This document shows positions 63,254-64,000 of a DNA stretch of 64,000 bases, in pieces. The stretch is from a virus. Location: positions 5,930 through 69,929 of IMG/VR virus record IMGVR_UViG_3300044713_000107; one strand, written 5' to 3'. Within the stretch, counting starts at the first letter, position 1, and every line of letters begins with the position of its first letter. The notes beneath the pieces were generated by a model, which did no database searches, had not been told where the DNA came from, and worked only from the letters and a program-made list of their open reading frames with translations. Made by a program: the position numbers and the translations under genes.

Positions 63254-63663
63254 GCTGCACCCTCCAAGGGCAGCAGCAATGCCCGACGCAGCGCCCCGGC
63301 ATCGACCAGACCATCCGGCCCGTCAGGATCCGGCGGACAGAGCCAGAACAGGCCAGGAGGCTCTATCGTCGTCCAGCCAGGCAAACCGACGTACGCGGTC
63401 TCACCGAGGGCCTGAGTACCCGCCACACGCCAGCCATCGGCCGTACCGAGGGGCACCAGGAAGTACAGGCGCGGCGACATGCTGTTCTGATCCCACGCGA
63501 CAGGTCCCGGGTCCCGCCCGGTCTCGTGGTCGAGGACTTCAAGCGCATCAAGGCCGCGCTGCTGGGGGACGACGATCGCGTCCCACCAGCGTCCGGCCTG
63601 AACGGCGCTGATCGTGTTGTCCGGTGGCATCCACACCGGGCGGAGGGGCCTCGTCGCCCGCAT
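63250..63663 (-). CDS. Streptomyces conserved protein usually found next to XRE regulators
   Basis: AGRWWDAI, GPV..D, RLYFLVP motifs. Confidence 0.75.
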   Translation of the reverse strand: MRATRPLRPVWMPPDNTISAVQAGRWWDAIVVPQQRGLDALEVLDHETGRDPGPVAWDQNSMSPRLYFLVPLGTADGWRVAGTQALGETAYVGLPGWTTIEPPGLFWLCPPDPDGPDGLVDAGALRRALLLPLEGAA

Positions 63664-63757
63664 CGCGCACTCTCCCTGTGGTAGCTGGTGTACTCACAGG
63701 GTGGGTGGATGCCATGCCCTCAACCATCACAGTTTTGTGATGGTTCTTGACACTGGG

Positions 63758-64000
63758 TTACATGCCGACCCATTGGGCGAAGTTGGAGAGCGTGTCCGGG
63801 GCCTGCCGCTTCGCGTTGACCAGCCCAGCCACGGTGTCCCGCACGGACGCCGAGTAGCGGACCTGCTGAGGGGCAAGCTTCCGCGCCTCCAGCAAAGACC
63901 TGAACGCGGCGTCCGTGCGGCCAGTCCACAACTGGGCGCGCGCGATCTCCGCCCGGTGATGGGCCGCACGGGACGCGGGCCAGTCTGCGGGCACGCTCAC
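63758..64000 (-). CDS. C-terminus of XRE-TPR-type regulator (truncated)
   Basis: AHHRAEIARAQLW...SLLEARKLAPQQVRY. Confidence 0.75.
   Translation of the reverse strand: MSVPADWPASRAAHHRAEIARAQLWTGRTDAAFRSLLEARKLAPQQVRYSASVRDTVAGLVNAKRQAPDTLSNFAQWVGM

Noticed and set aside
1-64000. tRNA/rRNA genes, reverse transcriptase/DGR or retron, transposase, lysis and capsid genes
   Set aside because: None recognised by eye; tRNAscan and HMM searches would be needed to exclude them. Structural and lysis genes presumably lie left of the window.

Overview
High-GC actinomycete DNA (Streptomycetaceae-like), almost entirely one large temperate prophage whose remaining capsid and tail genes lie off the left edge. 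From left to right: portal, terminase large and small subunits and pre-terminase accessory genes (1-9.0 kb, minus). Next is an AICE/Streptomyces-plasmid-type conjugation block (10.7-21 kb): DUF2079 glycosyltransferase, membrane Mrr nuclease, TraB-like FtsK translocase, TraA-like and SpdA-like genes, a stand-alone FtsK-gamma protein, an HTH repressor and two Nudix genes. Then comes a second XRE/xis switch driving rep + DnaB + RNA ligase + Pnkp and about 15 small genes (23.2-36.5 kb, mostly plus). The canonical early/middle arm follows (36.5-59.2 kb, minus): methyltransferase, second rep plus loader, two WhiB, RuvC-like, exonuclease, Bro-N, RecE plus partner, Cro-like. After the CI-like repressor a large serine integrase ends at 62052, followed by a probable att junction and XRE-type flank genes. 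Main signal: an integrase-bearing prophage that also carries a TraB transfer operon, candidate TraB-recognition repeats written into two genes in different reading frames, two iteron-containing replicons and two unrelated RNA ligases. All calls come from reading motifs by eye; no database search was run. Many start codons were moved from the ORF track using RBS and stop/start overlaps.
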